From positions 32,001 to 96,000 of the forward strand of contig CBDCVK010000008.1 in the NCBI GenBank assembly GCA_965223005.1: a stretch of 64,000 bases of DNA, written 5' to 3'. The translations under genes were made by a program, and so were the position numbers. Shown piece after piece: positions 19,535 to 31,665 of the stretch (positions are counted from its first letter, which is position 1; each line of letters opens with the position of its first letter). This DNA comes from Terriglobia bacterium. Lineage in GTDB: Bacteria; Acidobacteriota; Terriglobia; JAJPHL01; JAPKYU01. The notes beneath the pieces were generated by a model. The model was not told the origin of the DNA, did not search any database, and saw only the letters and a program-made list of their open reading frames with translations.

Positions 19535-20925
19535 GCCAGCAACTCCGCCGGTACGCGCCCGTGAACGTCGGTCAGACGGAAATCCCGGCCGGCATAGCGG
19601 TACGTCAGACGCTCATGGTCCAGACCGAGCCGGTTGAGGATTGTAGCGTGCAGGTCATGAACGCTGACCCGGTTCTCGACGGCCTGGAACCCGAAATCAT
19701 CGGTGGCGCCGTAGCTGACGCCGCCGCGAACGCCGCCGCCCGCCATCCACATCGTGAAGCCGTACGGGTTGTGGTCGCGTCCGTCGCCGGATTCTGAAAC
19801 CGGTGTGCGGCCGAACTCCCCGCCCCAGACGAGGAGGGTTTTCTCCAACAGTCCGCGCCGTTTGAGGTCTCGGATGAGTGCGGCGGTGGCTTGGTCCATG
19901 TCGGGGCAACGCTCGCGCAGGTTCTTGTTGATCTCTTTGTGATCGTCCCATGGCTGGCGGGGGCCATAGTAGAGGTGCACGTAGCGGACGCCCTTTTCGA
20001 CGAGTCGGCGGGCGAGCAGACAACCGTTGGCGAATGGTGTGGAGCCGTACTCCTCGCGGATTTTCTCCGGTTCTTTGCGCACATCGAAGACGTCCATTGC
20101 TTCAAACTGCATGCGATAGGCGGTCTCCATCGCTTGGATGCGCGCCTCCAGAAAGGCGTCCTGCCCGACGGCGGAGCGGTGTGCCTTGTTCAGGGCGGTG
20201 AGCAAGTCGAGCTGATGGCGTTGCGCGCCGGCGTCGAGCTTGCCGTTACGCAGGTATCGAATCATCTTCTCGGGGTCGGTCTCGGCGTTGTTGAAGTGCG
20301 TGCCCTGGTGCTCGGCCGGCAAGAAGCCAGAGCGCCACAAGTAGCTCTGGCGTGACGACGGGCTCAGCACGACGAAGCCCGGCAGGTTCTCGTTTTCGCT
20401 GCCGAGCCCGTAGGAGATCCAAGCTCCGAGAGTCGGATGGGTGGCAGCGATATTCCCCGAATGGATCAGATTTTTGGCCGGAGTATGCGTCGGGTTGAAC
20501 GTGTACATCGAGCGGATGACGCACAGCTCGTCGACAAGGCCCGCCAGATTCGGCAACAGCTCGCTCACTTCGATGCCGCTCTGACCGTGCTGCCGGAACT
20601 TGAACGGCGAGGGCAGCAGGCCGCCGGTCATGCGCTCGGTGCGCAAGTCCACCGAGTCGGGCCGTTGGCCGGCGTATTTCGCTAGCGCCGGCTTGGGGTC
20701 GAACAAGTCGAGATGCGACGGTCCGCCGGTGAGGAACAGGAAAATGACGTGCTTGGCGGCGGGAGCGAAGTGCGGTCCGACCGGGGAATTTGCGGCCCAG
20801 AGGTCGGAGGCCAGCATCCCGGAGAGCCCCACCGCGCCCAGGCCGCCGCACAGAGACTCCACGAAAGCCCGTCGACTCAAAGCTCCTCGGCTCGAAGAAG
20901 CGGTTGGCTGCGGTGCTTTCGACAT
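19531..20925 (-). CDS. DUF1501 family protein (Tat-exported)
   Basis: SRRAF Tat motif, GGPSHLDLFDPKP, WDDH, GEFGRTP, GRDHNP. Confidence 0.9.
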   Translation of the reverse strand: MSKAPQPTASSSRGALSRRAFVESLCGGLGAVGLSGMLASDLWAANSPVGPHFAPAAKHVIFLFLTGGPSHLDLFDPKPALAKYAGQRPDSVDLRTERMTGGLLPSPFKFRQHGQSGIEVSELLPNLAGLVDELCVIRSMYTFNPTHTPAKNLIHSGNIAATHPTLGAWISYGLGSENENLPGFVVLSPSSRQSYLWRSGFLPAEHQGTHFNNAETDPEKMIRYLRNGKLDAGAQRHQLDLLTALNKAHRSAVGQDAFLEARIQAMETAYRMQFEAMDVFDVRKEPEKIREEYGSTPFANGCLLARRLVEKGVRYVHLYYGPRQPWDDHKEINKNLRERCPDMDQATAALIRDLKRRGLLEKTLLVWGGEFGRTPVSESGDGRDHNPYGFTMWMAGGGVRGGVSYGATDDFGFQAVENRVSVHDLHATILNRLGLDHERLTYRYAGRDFRLTDVHGRVPAELLA

Positions 20926-21160
20926 CGCGACAGACGGCCCCGTACGGAATTATAAAAGAAGGCCGACCATTCTGCTAGGTGTGCTACGCGGAAACACCAA
21001 GATCTCAACTAGGTCTTTGAGATCCAGCCGAGCGACAGGGTTGCGGCTACGCTAGCAGTTTCCCAACGACTCGGCCGCCGACGTCAATCAACCGGCATGT
21101 TCATGGTTAGCTGCAGGTGCGCCACTTTTCGCCCGACACGCTGAAGGAGGTGGCCAGCCT

Positions 21161-22393
<1,233 letters not shown>

Positions 22394-22417
22394 AAGCTAG
22401 CGTCTCCGAGGGGGTGC

Positions 22418-22606
22418 TCAGAGACGTTTGCCGTTGCACTGGTTGCAGATTACCATGCGACACTGCGCGGCGCCCTTCGGGTACTTGGTGCCGCAATAAC
22501 TGCACGAGGCGCCCTTTCCGTCCTGTTCCTGTTTCAAAGGGCCGAGGCAGGGCCGCGTGTCAGGGTGATTCTCCCGGCAATGGCACCACCCACTGGCTAC
22601 CGGCAT
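22418..22606 (-). CDS. Small Cys-rich (8 Cys) putative Zn-binding protein, 62 aa
   Basis: Strong RBS ggaggaggag before ATG 22606; MPVASGWCHCRENHPDTRPCLGPLKQEQDGKGASCSYCGTKYPKGAAQCRMVICNQCNGKRL. Confidence 0.7.
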   Translation of the reverse strand: MPVASGWCHCRENHPDTRPCLGPLKQEQDGKGASCSYCGTKYPKGAAQCRMVICNQCNGKRL

Positions 22607-22644
22607 AGACTCCTCCTCCCAAGAAAAGATTTGGCCCGTAAAGT

Positions 22645-23844
22645 TTACCGCGATCCGCGCCCGCCCGGGACCAGCGAAGAAGTGTAAAAGCGGCGGGCTG
22701 CCTCGACCAGGACCTGCGCGCAGCCCACAACCGAATCCAGGTCCACCCATTCGACTGCCTCGTGCGCGCCGGCGCCTGCCGGGCCGTAGTTGACGGTAGG
22801 GATGCCGGCGGCGGCGAACAGGGCTGCGTCCATCCAGTAGGCCACTCCTGCCTCCGGAGGCGGCTGCCCCGTAACCACCTGTGCGGCCTCACGGAGGCAA
22901 CGGGCAATCGGCGTGTCGCGGTCGCACACCAGCGGAGCGCGGTCCAGCAAGCAACGAATTTCGGCTTCCTCGCCGGCCTGCCGCACCACCTGCTGTAATT
23001 CGCGCATCACTTGCTCGGTGGTCTCGCCGGGCAGCGTCCGCCGTTCTACTCGCAGATGGCACTGCGGTGCGTAAGTGGAAAGGCCCGCCCCGCCCTGGAT
23101 CAGAGCACAATGCTGTGAGGCTGGCCCCACCAGAGGGTGAGCGCGCCGCCGCAGCTCCTGCTGGTCAAACTGCTCCAGGGCAGTGATGATGCGCCCCATT
23201 TTGCCGATGGCGCTGACCCCGAGGTCCCAGCGGCTGCCGTGTGCTGCCTGGCCCGTGGTCAGCAGTTCCGCCCAGACAAAGCCCTTGTGCGCCAGAATCA
23301 GCCGACCCTCGCTGGGCTCGGTGAGGATGCAAGCATCGGCCCGGTGGCGCTTCAGGAAAGCCTCGGTGCCGAGACTGGCATACTCCTCGTCGGCCACCAG
23401 CGCAGTTATTACTCGCCCGGGTACTCGCCTGGGCAACTGGCTGGGCAGGTGCTCCTGAGCCAGCGCGGCGGCCGCTGCCATGACGGCAGCGACACTGCCT
23501 TTCATGTCGTAGCTGCCACGCCCGTAGACCCGGTTGCCCTCCAGGCGCGGTTCAAATGGAGGAATCCTCATGCCGGCGGTGGCCACCGTATCCAGGTGCG
23601 CGCACAAGACTAAAACCGGCCCCGGTCCTTCACCGGCTTCGGCCACTACATTGGGCCGCCCCGGCGCTGCCTCCTCCAACCAGCTATGCAGGCCCCGGGC
23701 TGCAAGCCACTGGGAGGCGAAGGCCGCGATGGCAGCCTCTCCGTGTCCCTCCTCCGGCGCCAGGGTCGGGTTCACCGAGGGAATACGGATCAGCTGCTGA
23801 AGTAGCTCCAGAATTACGGCCCGGGAAAGCGCATCCGCCGGCAT
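22645..23844 (-). CDS. M20 ArgE/DapE-family deacylase
   Basis: AHLDTV, GRGSYDMKG, ADEE, TEPS, GAHEAVE. Confidence 0.9.
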   Translation of the reverse strand: MPADALSRAVILELLQQLIRIPSVNPTLAPEEGHGEAAIAAFASQWLAARGLHSWLEEAAPGRPNVVAEAGEGPGPVLVLCAHLDTVATAGMRIPPFEPRLEGNRVYGRGSYDMKGSVAAVMAAAAALAQEHLPSQLPRRVPGRVITALVADEEYASLGTEAFLKRHRADACILTEPSEGRLILAHKGFVWAELLTTGQAAHGSRWDLGVSAIGKMGRIITALEQFDQQELRRRAHPLVGPASQHCALIQGGAGLSTYAPQCHLRVERRTLPGETTEQVMRELQQVVRQAGEEAEIRCLLDRAPLVCDRDTPIARCLREAAQVVTGQPPPEAGVAYWMDAALFAAAGIPTVNYGPAGAGAHEAVEWVDLDSVVGCAQVLVEAARRFYTSSLVPGGRGSR

Positions 23845-24113
23845 GTCGTGCTACGTTCTAGCGCTCTTAGGTTCTACTGGCAGCCCACTTAGGTTTCTGC
23901 CAGACCAAATATACCCGGCGTAATATACCCGGTGTAGCTGGGCTAGCAAAGCGACCGCCGCGCCGAGAGAGTCCGCAGGGTCACGATGGCGACCCTGGTA
24001 GGGAAGCCCCAGCGGGCACGTCATGGCATCGCGGTAGTTCAAGTTATAATCAGACTTTGGGTGAGTTCTCCGGCCAGCCATCGAGCCCGGCCGTCGAGCC
24101 CGGCCGTCGAGCG

Positions 24114-24977
24114 ATGAAGACGAACATCATCACCATCCCGGTTCAGAAAGTCCAGGGTGTTTCCTCCTCCGCCGAGCAGGACCTGCTGGCCGTTGAGGAG
24201 CCGCTGCAACTGCGGCTGAGCTTCCAATCTCAGGGAGCTCGCAGGAGCAAAGATCTTTCGATCACCATGCGCACCCCTGGCCACGACGTTGAACTGGCGG
24301 CTGGCTTCCTTTTCACGGAAGGCATACTCCAAGTCCCCGACCAGATCGTGGAAATCCAAGGTGGCGGGCCCGGCAAGAACGCCAAGCAGAACCGCAACAC
24401 GGTTACTGTCCGCCTGAAACGAGGAGTGAAGCTCGATTGGGACCGGCTGGAACGCCACTTCTATCTCAGCTCCAGTTGCGGGGTCTGCGGGAAAGCCTCG
24501 ATCGAGGCGCTACAGGCCACCGGCTGCCCCACTCTGCCCTCGGCCAAGCCTCTCGTTGATTCCTCGGTGATCCACCGCCTGCCCCAGACGCTGCGGAGGT
24601 CCCAGGCCGTCTTTGACCGCACCGGCGGCCTGCACGCCGCCGCTCTGTTTAACTCCACGGGAAAGCTGCTGAGCATGCGAGAAGATGTGGGCCGGCACAA
24701 TGCACTGGACAAGTTGATCGGCGCCGAATTCCTGAAAAATCGCTTGCCTCTTTCCGATACGCTGGTCCTGTTGAGTGGACGCGGCAGCTTCGAGCTGGTG
24801 CAGAAGGCGTTGATGGCGGGCATTCCCGTGCTGGCCGCCGTAGGCGCGCCTTCCAGCCTTGCCGTCGAGCTTGCCCTAAGGTTCCAGATGACGCTGGTGG
24901 GATTCGTGCGCAACGACCGGTTTAATATCTATTCCGGGGGCTGGCGCATCCACCTCGACGCGCAGCAGGGAGTCTAA
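24114..24977 (+). CDS. fdhD: Formate dehydrogenase accessory sulfurtransferase
   Basis: VEEPL, TMRTPG, SSCGVCGK, TGGLHAA, EDVGRHNALDK. Confidence 0.93.
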   Translation: MKTNIITIPVQKVQGVSSSAEQDLLAVEEPLQLRLSFQSQGARRSKDLSITMRTPGHDVELAAGFLFTEGILQVPDQIVEIQGGGPGKNAKQNRNTVTVRLKRGVKLDWDRLERHFYLSSSCGVCGKASIEALQATGCPTLPSAKPLVDSSVIHRLPQTLRRSQAVFDRTGGLHAAALFNSTGKLLSMREDVGRHNALDKLIGAEFLKNRLPLSDTLVLLSGRGSFELVQKALMAGIPVLAAVGAPSSLAVELALRFQMTLVGFVRNDRFNIYSGGWRIHLDAQQGV

Positions 24978-24989
24978 GAGCTGCCACGG

Positions 24990-25562
24990 TTAGAGCGGGT
25001 GGAAATATCCCTGGCCGGCACAGGCGCGGCACAGGGCGCGCCCGTCGCGCAGGATTTCGCGGCCGAAGTTAATGCCTTCACTACATTCGGTGCAGAGGAC
25101 GCGCGGCGCGCGATATCCGGGGCGCTCTTCTGCCGGAAGGCTTGCGCGGACCCACTGCCGGGTGAACATCTCCTCGTCGGACAATTCCCGATAGGCACGT
25201 CGCAAACTTTCTTCCTTCTCCAGATCCGGGGAGATCTCCCGCGCGCGTTCGTTAGCGCTCTCCCGGGCAGCTACGCGGATGGCCCGCTCCGTGCGCAGGT
25301 CCAGGAAGGTAGCCGCCATCTTCCCCAGGTCCTTAAGCTTCAGGGTGCGGTTGCCGAGGCGGCAGCCGGTGACCAGCCCGACCGCGTCAGGCAGGCAGCG
25401 GTCAACCTCCACAAACGTAATAAGTGACCTGTGGGTCTGCTTTGGCTCCTCAATGCCCAGTTCCTTCAGCGCGATCATGGCCATGCGGATGCCCTGGATG
25501 ATCCCGGAACGTGTGTCCCCGTCTTTGGCTGCCGCTTGTATGTAGTCCTCCAGGCTTTTCAT
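24990..25562 (-). CDS. FmdE-family protein with C-terminal C4 zinc finger
   Basis: EVDRCLPDAV...TGCRLGNRTL..DLGKMAATF; CTECSE...LCRACAG. Confidence 0.82.
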   Translation of the reverse strand: MKSLEDYIQAAAKDGDTRSGIIQGIRMAMIALKELGIEEPKQTHRSLITFVEVDRCLPDAVGLVTGCRLGNRTLKLKDLGKMAATFLDLRTERAIRVAARESANERAREISPDLEKEESLRRAYRELSDEEMFTRQWVRASLPAEERPGYRAPRVLCTECSEGINFGREILRDGRALCRACAGQGYFHPL

Positions 25563-25592
25563 CCGCGTTTCCTCCCTCTGGCCCGCCGGTCA

Positions 25593-27668
25593 TCAAAACA
25601 CGTGACCAACCTTGATAAAGTACGTGTTCCCCTGCTCGGAGCGCTGGCCAAAAGCTGCCCTTCCTCGTTGAAACGCAAACTGAATCGAACCGAAGGGAGG
25701 CTTGTGGCGCCAGACGAATACCGCTTCCAGGTTTCTACGGTCAATCACCGAATTCGTCTGAAAGAATACTCGGATAAACAAATCGCGTGTGAAGTTCTGG
25801 CGAACGCGAATAACGTTAATGAAAGTGGCCTTTTTCTCCGGGTCAGGATCGAGCCAAACGCGTGAAAGTTGATATTCCAGGCCCAGTCCAGGAGTCAGCT
25901 TGCGCCGGACACGTGCGCTGACGGCATCGAGATCGGAGTCGAAGTTGCGGCCGGTTTGATAGCCCACCTGCCAGGACTGGTATTCCCGCGTGTTATACCC
26001 GACATTGAACTCCGCGCGATCGTTGTGAAAACCTTTTTCAAAGCGCTCGAAAACATTGCGGTGACTGGCCTCCAGGCTCCAGCGGTTACGAAACTCAACC
26101 TCCATGGTCTCGAAGTTGTGGTAATAGCGCAAAACGTTTTGCTGGCTCCAGTAGATCCTGTTTTTCGATTCCAGGGAAATACGCTGGACAGGGCCCTTTT
26201 CAACCCAGAAGGTCTTTTCCAGATCGCTGTCCATCTCTCGACGGTTGTCGTCGGGGATAAATCCGACGGCATTGACGTTGTCGCCGAAGCGGTCCCCCAG
26301 GTGGCTGTAACGGAAGTGGAAATGGGAAGTCGAGGTATCCCAGGCGGGCCGAACGAAGTAGGCCCAGCGCCCCGTCTTGAAGAGGCCATGGGAGCGGAGC
26401 AACTGGCCGGTGAAGCGCATCGTGCGGGTCGGGTGCATCGTCGTATCGAGACCGACCGAGCCGCGATTGCCCCCACCCAGGGAGCGGTTGGCGACCATGA
26501 AGCCGATATTGGACGATCGCAGGACTTGCCTTTCAGCCCTGGCTACCGTGTAGTTCGCGTGCTCGAAGGTGGGTGCGCCATCGGGTGCGGAGTCAACCTC
26601 CATTGAAGATGAGCGAACCGAAAGCAGGGCCAAGTCCCAGGGCCCCTTGCGGGAGAGTAGCTTGCCTCCAACGTCGATGTCCTGAATGCGGCGCGAGTAG
26701 AACGTCTGAATACGCTGCCGGAAGCGCTCGTTGCTTTCCAGGAAAAAGGGCCTTTTTTCTTCCAGGCGGACTTCGAAGCGGGTTAGATTGACGAATTCTT
26801 CATCCGCTTCAATGATGGCGAAATCGGGGTTGATGGTCAGATTCGCAGTCGTCTCCGGCCGGAAAGAATAGCGCAGGTCGAACCCCGCATTACCGGTGGT
26901 CTTCCCTCCCTGTTCGTAACCCCCCTGCACATACGGGATCAGGTCCCAGCGCTTGGCGCCGCCATGCAAGGTCAGGCCGAGAATCTCCCCGTACTGGGAA
27001 ACGCGGTAGGGCGACTCCAGCGGACCGGCCCAGAAGCTCTGCTCCAGATTGCTACGCCGAGACCGCCCGATGTTGATTCCCCAGGAGCGGTTCTCGCCGG
27101 AGTGAAACTGCATCCCGCGCAAGGGAATGGCGAACTCGGCTGTCCAGCCATCGGAATCCGTCCGGACAGCGACAAGCCACTCGGCATCCCAGCTGCTGTC
27201 CCGGACCCGCCCGTCGTCCTTGATCCGGCCATCGGTCTGGGTGCCCAGCGGATTCGTCGAGAAAAAGTAACAGGTGCGGCGGTCGTGAAAGGTGTCGAGA
27301 AAAACGGTAACGGAATCGTCCCTCGACAGCCTGTCGTCCCGACGGTTCAGGCGCGCAGTAATCTTCTCGGGTTCGGTGTCGTAGGAATGCACGGCAATGT
27401 AAACATTGTTATCGTCGTAGGCGAAGTAAGCGACCGTGCGTTGGGTCGCCGGCTTGCCTTGCTCCGGCTCCAGCTGAATGAAGTTTTCCAGTCGCGTGGC
27501 CCTGTCCCATTCGTCCCCGTGGATGATTCCGTCGATGGTGGGCGGCTGGGTTGTGCGGACGGCCGAAGCCGAGTGCGCGGCGGCTTGCAGAAGGGATGCG
27601 AAGAAGAGAAAAGCCGCAGCCGCCCGGACCAAGAGATCCAGCATCGCGTGCCGCTCCGAACTTTTCAT
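25593..27668 (-). CDS. CBM9-like + DUF5916 outer-membrane protein
   Basis: PTIDG..EW, DTFHD, GWTAEFAIP, TINPDF, EKRPFFLE; ends in Phe as beta-barrels do. Confidence 0.8.
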   Translation of the reverse strand: MKSSERHAMLDLLVRAAAAFLFFASLLQAAAHSASAVRTTQPPTIDGIIHGDEWDRATRLENFIQLEPEQGKPATQRTVAYFAYDDNNVYIAVHSYDTEPEKITARLNRRDDRLSRDDSVTVFLDTFHDRRTCYFFSTNPLGTQTDGRIKDDGRVRDSSWDAEWLVAVRTDSDGWTAEFAIPLRGMQFHSGENRSWGINIGRSRRSNLEQSFWAGPLESPYRVSQYGEILGLTLHGGAKRWDLIPYVQGGYEQGGKTTGNAGFDLRYSFRPETTANLTINPDFAIIEADEEFVNLTRFEVRLEEKRPFFLESNERFRQRIQTFYSRRIQDIDVGGKLLSRKGPWDLALLSVRSSSMEVDSAPDGAPTFEHANYTVARAERQVLRSSNIGFMVANRSLGGGNRGSVGLDTTMHPTRTMRFTGQLLRSHGLFKTGRWAYFVRPAWDTSTSHFHFRYSHLGDRFGDNVNAVGFIPDDNRREMDSDLEKTFWVEKGPVQRISLESKNRIYWSQQNVLRYYHNFETMEVEFRNRWSLEASHRNVFERFEKGFHNDRAEFNVGYNTREYQSWQVGYQTGRNFDSDLDAVSARVRRKLTPGLGLEYQLSRVWLDPDPEKKATFINVIRVRQNFTRDLFIRVFFQTNSVIDRRNLEAVFVWRHKPPFGSIQFAFQRGRAAFGQRSEQGNTYFIKVGHVF

Positions 27669-28276
27669 TTACTTTTTGTCTCCAACTCTCGTTGGACTTC
27701 CTCCCAATCCTCAGCCGTGTTGATATTCTTGAACATCCGCTGGGAAAAACCAAACTGAAGCAATTGGTCGGGTGCCAGAACCTGCACGCGGAGTTGGGCG
27801 AGCCGGTCCACAATTCCCACAGGTTCCTCGTCGAGAGCCTGCTGCAGAACAGGGAGGCAGCCGCGCTGGTAGGCGGCGCAGAGCGGTTGCCACCCGTCGG
27901 CCGTTCTCGGAACCACGGCTTGCGCTTCCGATGCCAGAGCCTGATCGATCAGGAATTGCACGAAACGGCCTTCGAGAAATGGCAGGTCACAGGCCAAGAA
28001 GATGTTCCACTCGCAAGGCGAATTTTCGAGTCCCGTGCAGAGCGCCTCGAGCGGTCCCCGTCCGGGACGCCGGTCCGGAAGAACCGGGATTCCAAAGTCG
28101 CCGAAGCGGGCCGGAGGACCCAGCAGGGTGACTTGCGCCGCGTGCGGGCGGAGCAACTCCACCGCATGCTGGAAAAGCTGCCGGCCCTGGAACGGAAGCA
28201 GAGCTTTGTCCCGCCCCATGCGCCAGCTCCGGCCCCCAACCAGCACAAATCCGCTCACCGATAAAACTTCCGGCAT
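27665..28276 (-). CDS. mobA: Molybdenum cofactor guanylyltransferase
   Basis: LVGGRSWRMGRDKA, GPL, ACDLP, QPLCAAY, NINT.ED. Confidence 0.9.
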   Translation of the reverse strand: MPEVLSVSGFVLVGGRSWRMGRDKALLPFQGRQLFQHAVELLRPHAAQVTLLGPPARFGDFGIPVLPDRRPGRGPLEALCTGLENSPCEWNIFLACDLPFLEGRFVQFLIDQALASEAQAVVPRTADGWQPLCAAYQRGCLPVLQQALDEEPVGIVDRLAQLRVQVLAPDQLLQFGFSQRMFKNINTAEDWEEVQRELETKSK

Positions 28277-28423
28277 CGCTCTTCGGCACCTTGCGCGCAG
28301 GCTAGCGCTTTCGCAGGACCTTTCGAACTAGTAGTGCTCGCGAGCGCTCATTGAATCACATAGAGCCAATATCGCGGAGCGTTAGGTCTACTCATCGTGC
28401 CGTTGCACCATGGGAACTGGGAA

Positions 28424-28927
28424 TCAGTGAGTGATCAATGCCAGGAGGTTGCCCCGAGCGTTGGCCGCCGTTTTCTTTGAAAAGCAGACCACCAGCACGG
28501 TGTCGTCACCGGCAATGGTGCCCACAATCTCCGGCCAGTTTTCCTGATCCAGAGCCAGCGCCAGCGGCTGCGCGTTGCCGGGGTTGGTGCGCAGCACCAG
28601 CAGGTTCTGCGCCTGGCGCACATCGCGCAGTACTTCCCCGGCTGTGCGCCGCAGGTGGCGGGTGCCGACTGAGTCGGGGCGGGACTCGTTTCCGCGCACC
28701 GAGGAAGCGGGCAAGACAGGGGACGGGTGCTGAGATGCCAGCGGTCCCACTTCCTTATACCCCCTGGCGGTCTTGGCCAACCCTAATTCGTGAACGTCCC
28801 GCGACAGGGTCACCTGAGTGGTGCGGATTCCCAAACGGTGGAGCTTGTCGGCCAGTTCTTCCTGTGTGTGAATCGCCTGGGACCGCACTAGCTTTAGAAT
28901 CTGTTCCTGTCGGTAGTGCTTGTTCAT
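28424..28927 (-). CDS. argR: Arginine repressor
   Basis: TQEEL, TQVTLSRD, GTIAGDDT; last gene of the arg operon. Confidence 0.93.
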   Translation of the reverse strand: MNKHYRQEQILKLVRSQAIHTQEELADKLHRLGIRTTQVTLSRDVHELGLAKTARGYKEVGPLASQHPSPVLPASSVRGNESRPDSVGTRHLRRTAGEVLRDVRQAQNLLVLRTNPGNAQPLALALDQENWPEIVGTIAGDDTVLVVCFSKKTAANARGNLLALITH

Positions 28928-28957
28928 CAGGCGTCAGGGGTCTCCTGCGGTTCCTGC

Positions 28958-30381
28958 CTATCGCCTACCGCGTTCTGACTCCCCCCTTTTCCAGGAGGCC
29001 AGGCGCCGACGGGCCTGGCCCAGGGCCCGGGCCACGGCCCGTCGGCCGGTGCCACCGGGCACCTCGCGGCGAGCGATGCCACGGGCATCCTTCAGCAGAG
29101 GCAACACATCTTTTCGGAAAGCCGGATGAAACTTTCGCAGCTCGCTCAGGCGCCAACGCTCCGGAGGACGGCCCCGCGCCAGGCCAGTGCGGACGATGCG
29201 GCCCACCGTCTGGTGGGCCTGGCGAAAGGGAACGCCCCGCAGAGCAAGGTACTCAGCCAGGTCGGTGGCGCACGACCAGCCGCCCACAGCGGCGGTCTTC
29301 ATCGCTTTCGGGCGCGGGGTGACGGTGGCTACCACCGTCGCCGTCATCTCCAGCGCGCCCCGCAACTCGTCGGCGGTGTCGAACACGGGTTCCTTGTCTT
29401 CCTGCAGGTCGCGGTTGTAGCTGAGCGGCAGCCCTTTCAACACCATCGCCAGAGCCACCAAGTGGCCCAGCACGCGGCCGGTTTTGCCGCGGATCAATTC
29501 CAGCGAATCGGGGTTTTTCTTCTGGGGCATCAGGCTGCTGCCGCTGGTGACTTCCTCAGCCAGCTCCAAGAAGCCGAATTCGTCGCTGGAATAGAGAATC
29601 CAGTCCTCGGCCAGCCGGCTCAGGTGCAGCAGCACACAGGAGGCGGAGGAGAGAAACTCCAACAGGAAATCGCGGTCCGACGCGGCATCCAGGCTGTTCG
29701 CGGTAAGAGCGGCGAAGCCAAGGTCGCGAGCCAGGGCCCGGCGATCCACCGGCAGGCCGCTGCCGGCCAGGGCGCCGCTGCCCAGCGGCATCACATTGGC
29801 GGATTCGTAGCAGCGCTCCAGGCGGCGCCGGTCGCGGGCCAGCATCTCGAAATAGGCCAGCAGGTAGTGCGACCACAGCACCGGTTGCGCGCGGCGCAGG
29901 TGCGTGTAGCCGGGCAGAACCAGGTTCGGCGCGCGTCCGGCTTGTTTCAGCAAAGCCTCCAGGAGACGGTCCAGCGCCCTAAGCGTGGCCCGGAGTTCCT
30001 CCTTCAACCAGATGCGAAGGTCCAGAGACACCTGTTCGTTGCGGCTGCGGCCAGTGTGCAGGCGATCGGCCAGCTCGTCCCCGGCGCGCTCAGCCATCAG
30101 GCGAATCACCAACGTATGCACGTCCTCGTCGTTAGCCTCTTCGAAGAAATTCGGATTGCCGCGCGCCTCGGTGGCCAGGCTGTCCAGCGCCGCCGCAACG
30201 CGTGCGGCCTCTTTGGCAGAATAAATGCCCAGACGTTGGAGCGCGCGCGCCCAGACCCGAGTGCCCTCCAGATCAGCAAAGAACAGCCGGCGATCGAACG
30301 ACAGCGAGCGGGAGAAGTCCTCAAACTGCTGCGCCTGATCGGCGCGCATCCGGGTCCGGTCGAATCGTCCACCCCACAGTT

Positions 30382-30385
<4 letters not shown>
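28958..30385 (-). CDS. argH: Argininosuccinate lyase
   Basis: MKLWGGRF start overlapping the argG stop; [19 protein letters not shown]. Confidence 0.95.
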
Positions 30386-31620
<1,235 letters not shown>

Positions 31621-31665
31621 CGGAATGATCTCGGTTGTTTGCCCAGGCCGGCGCCCTCCTGAGCG

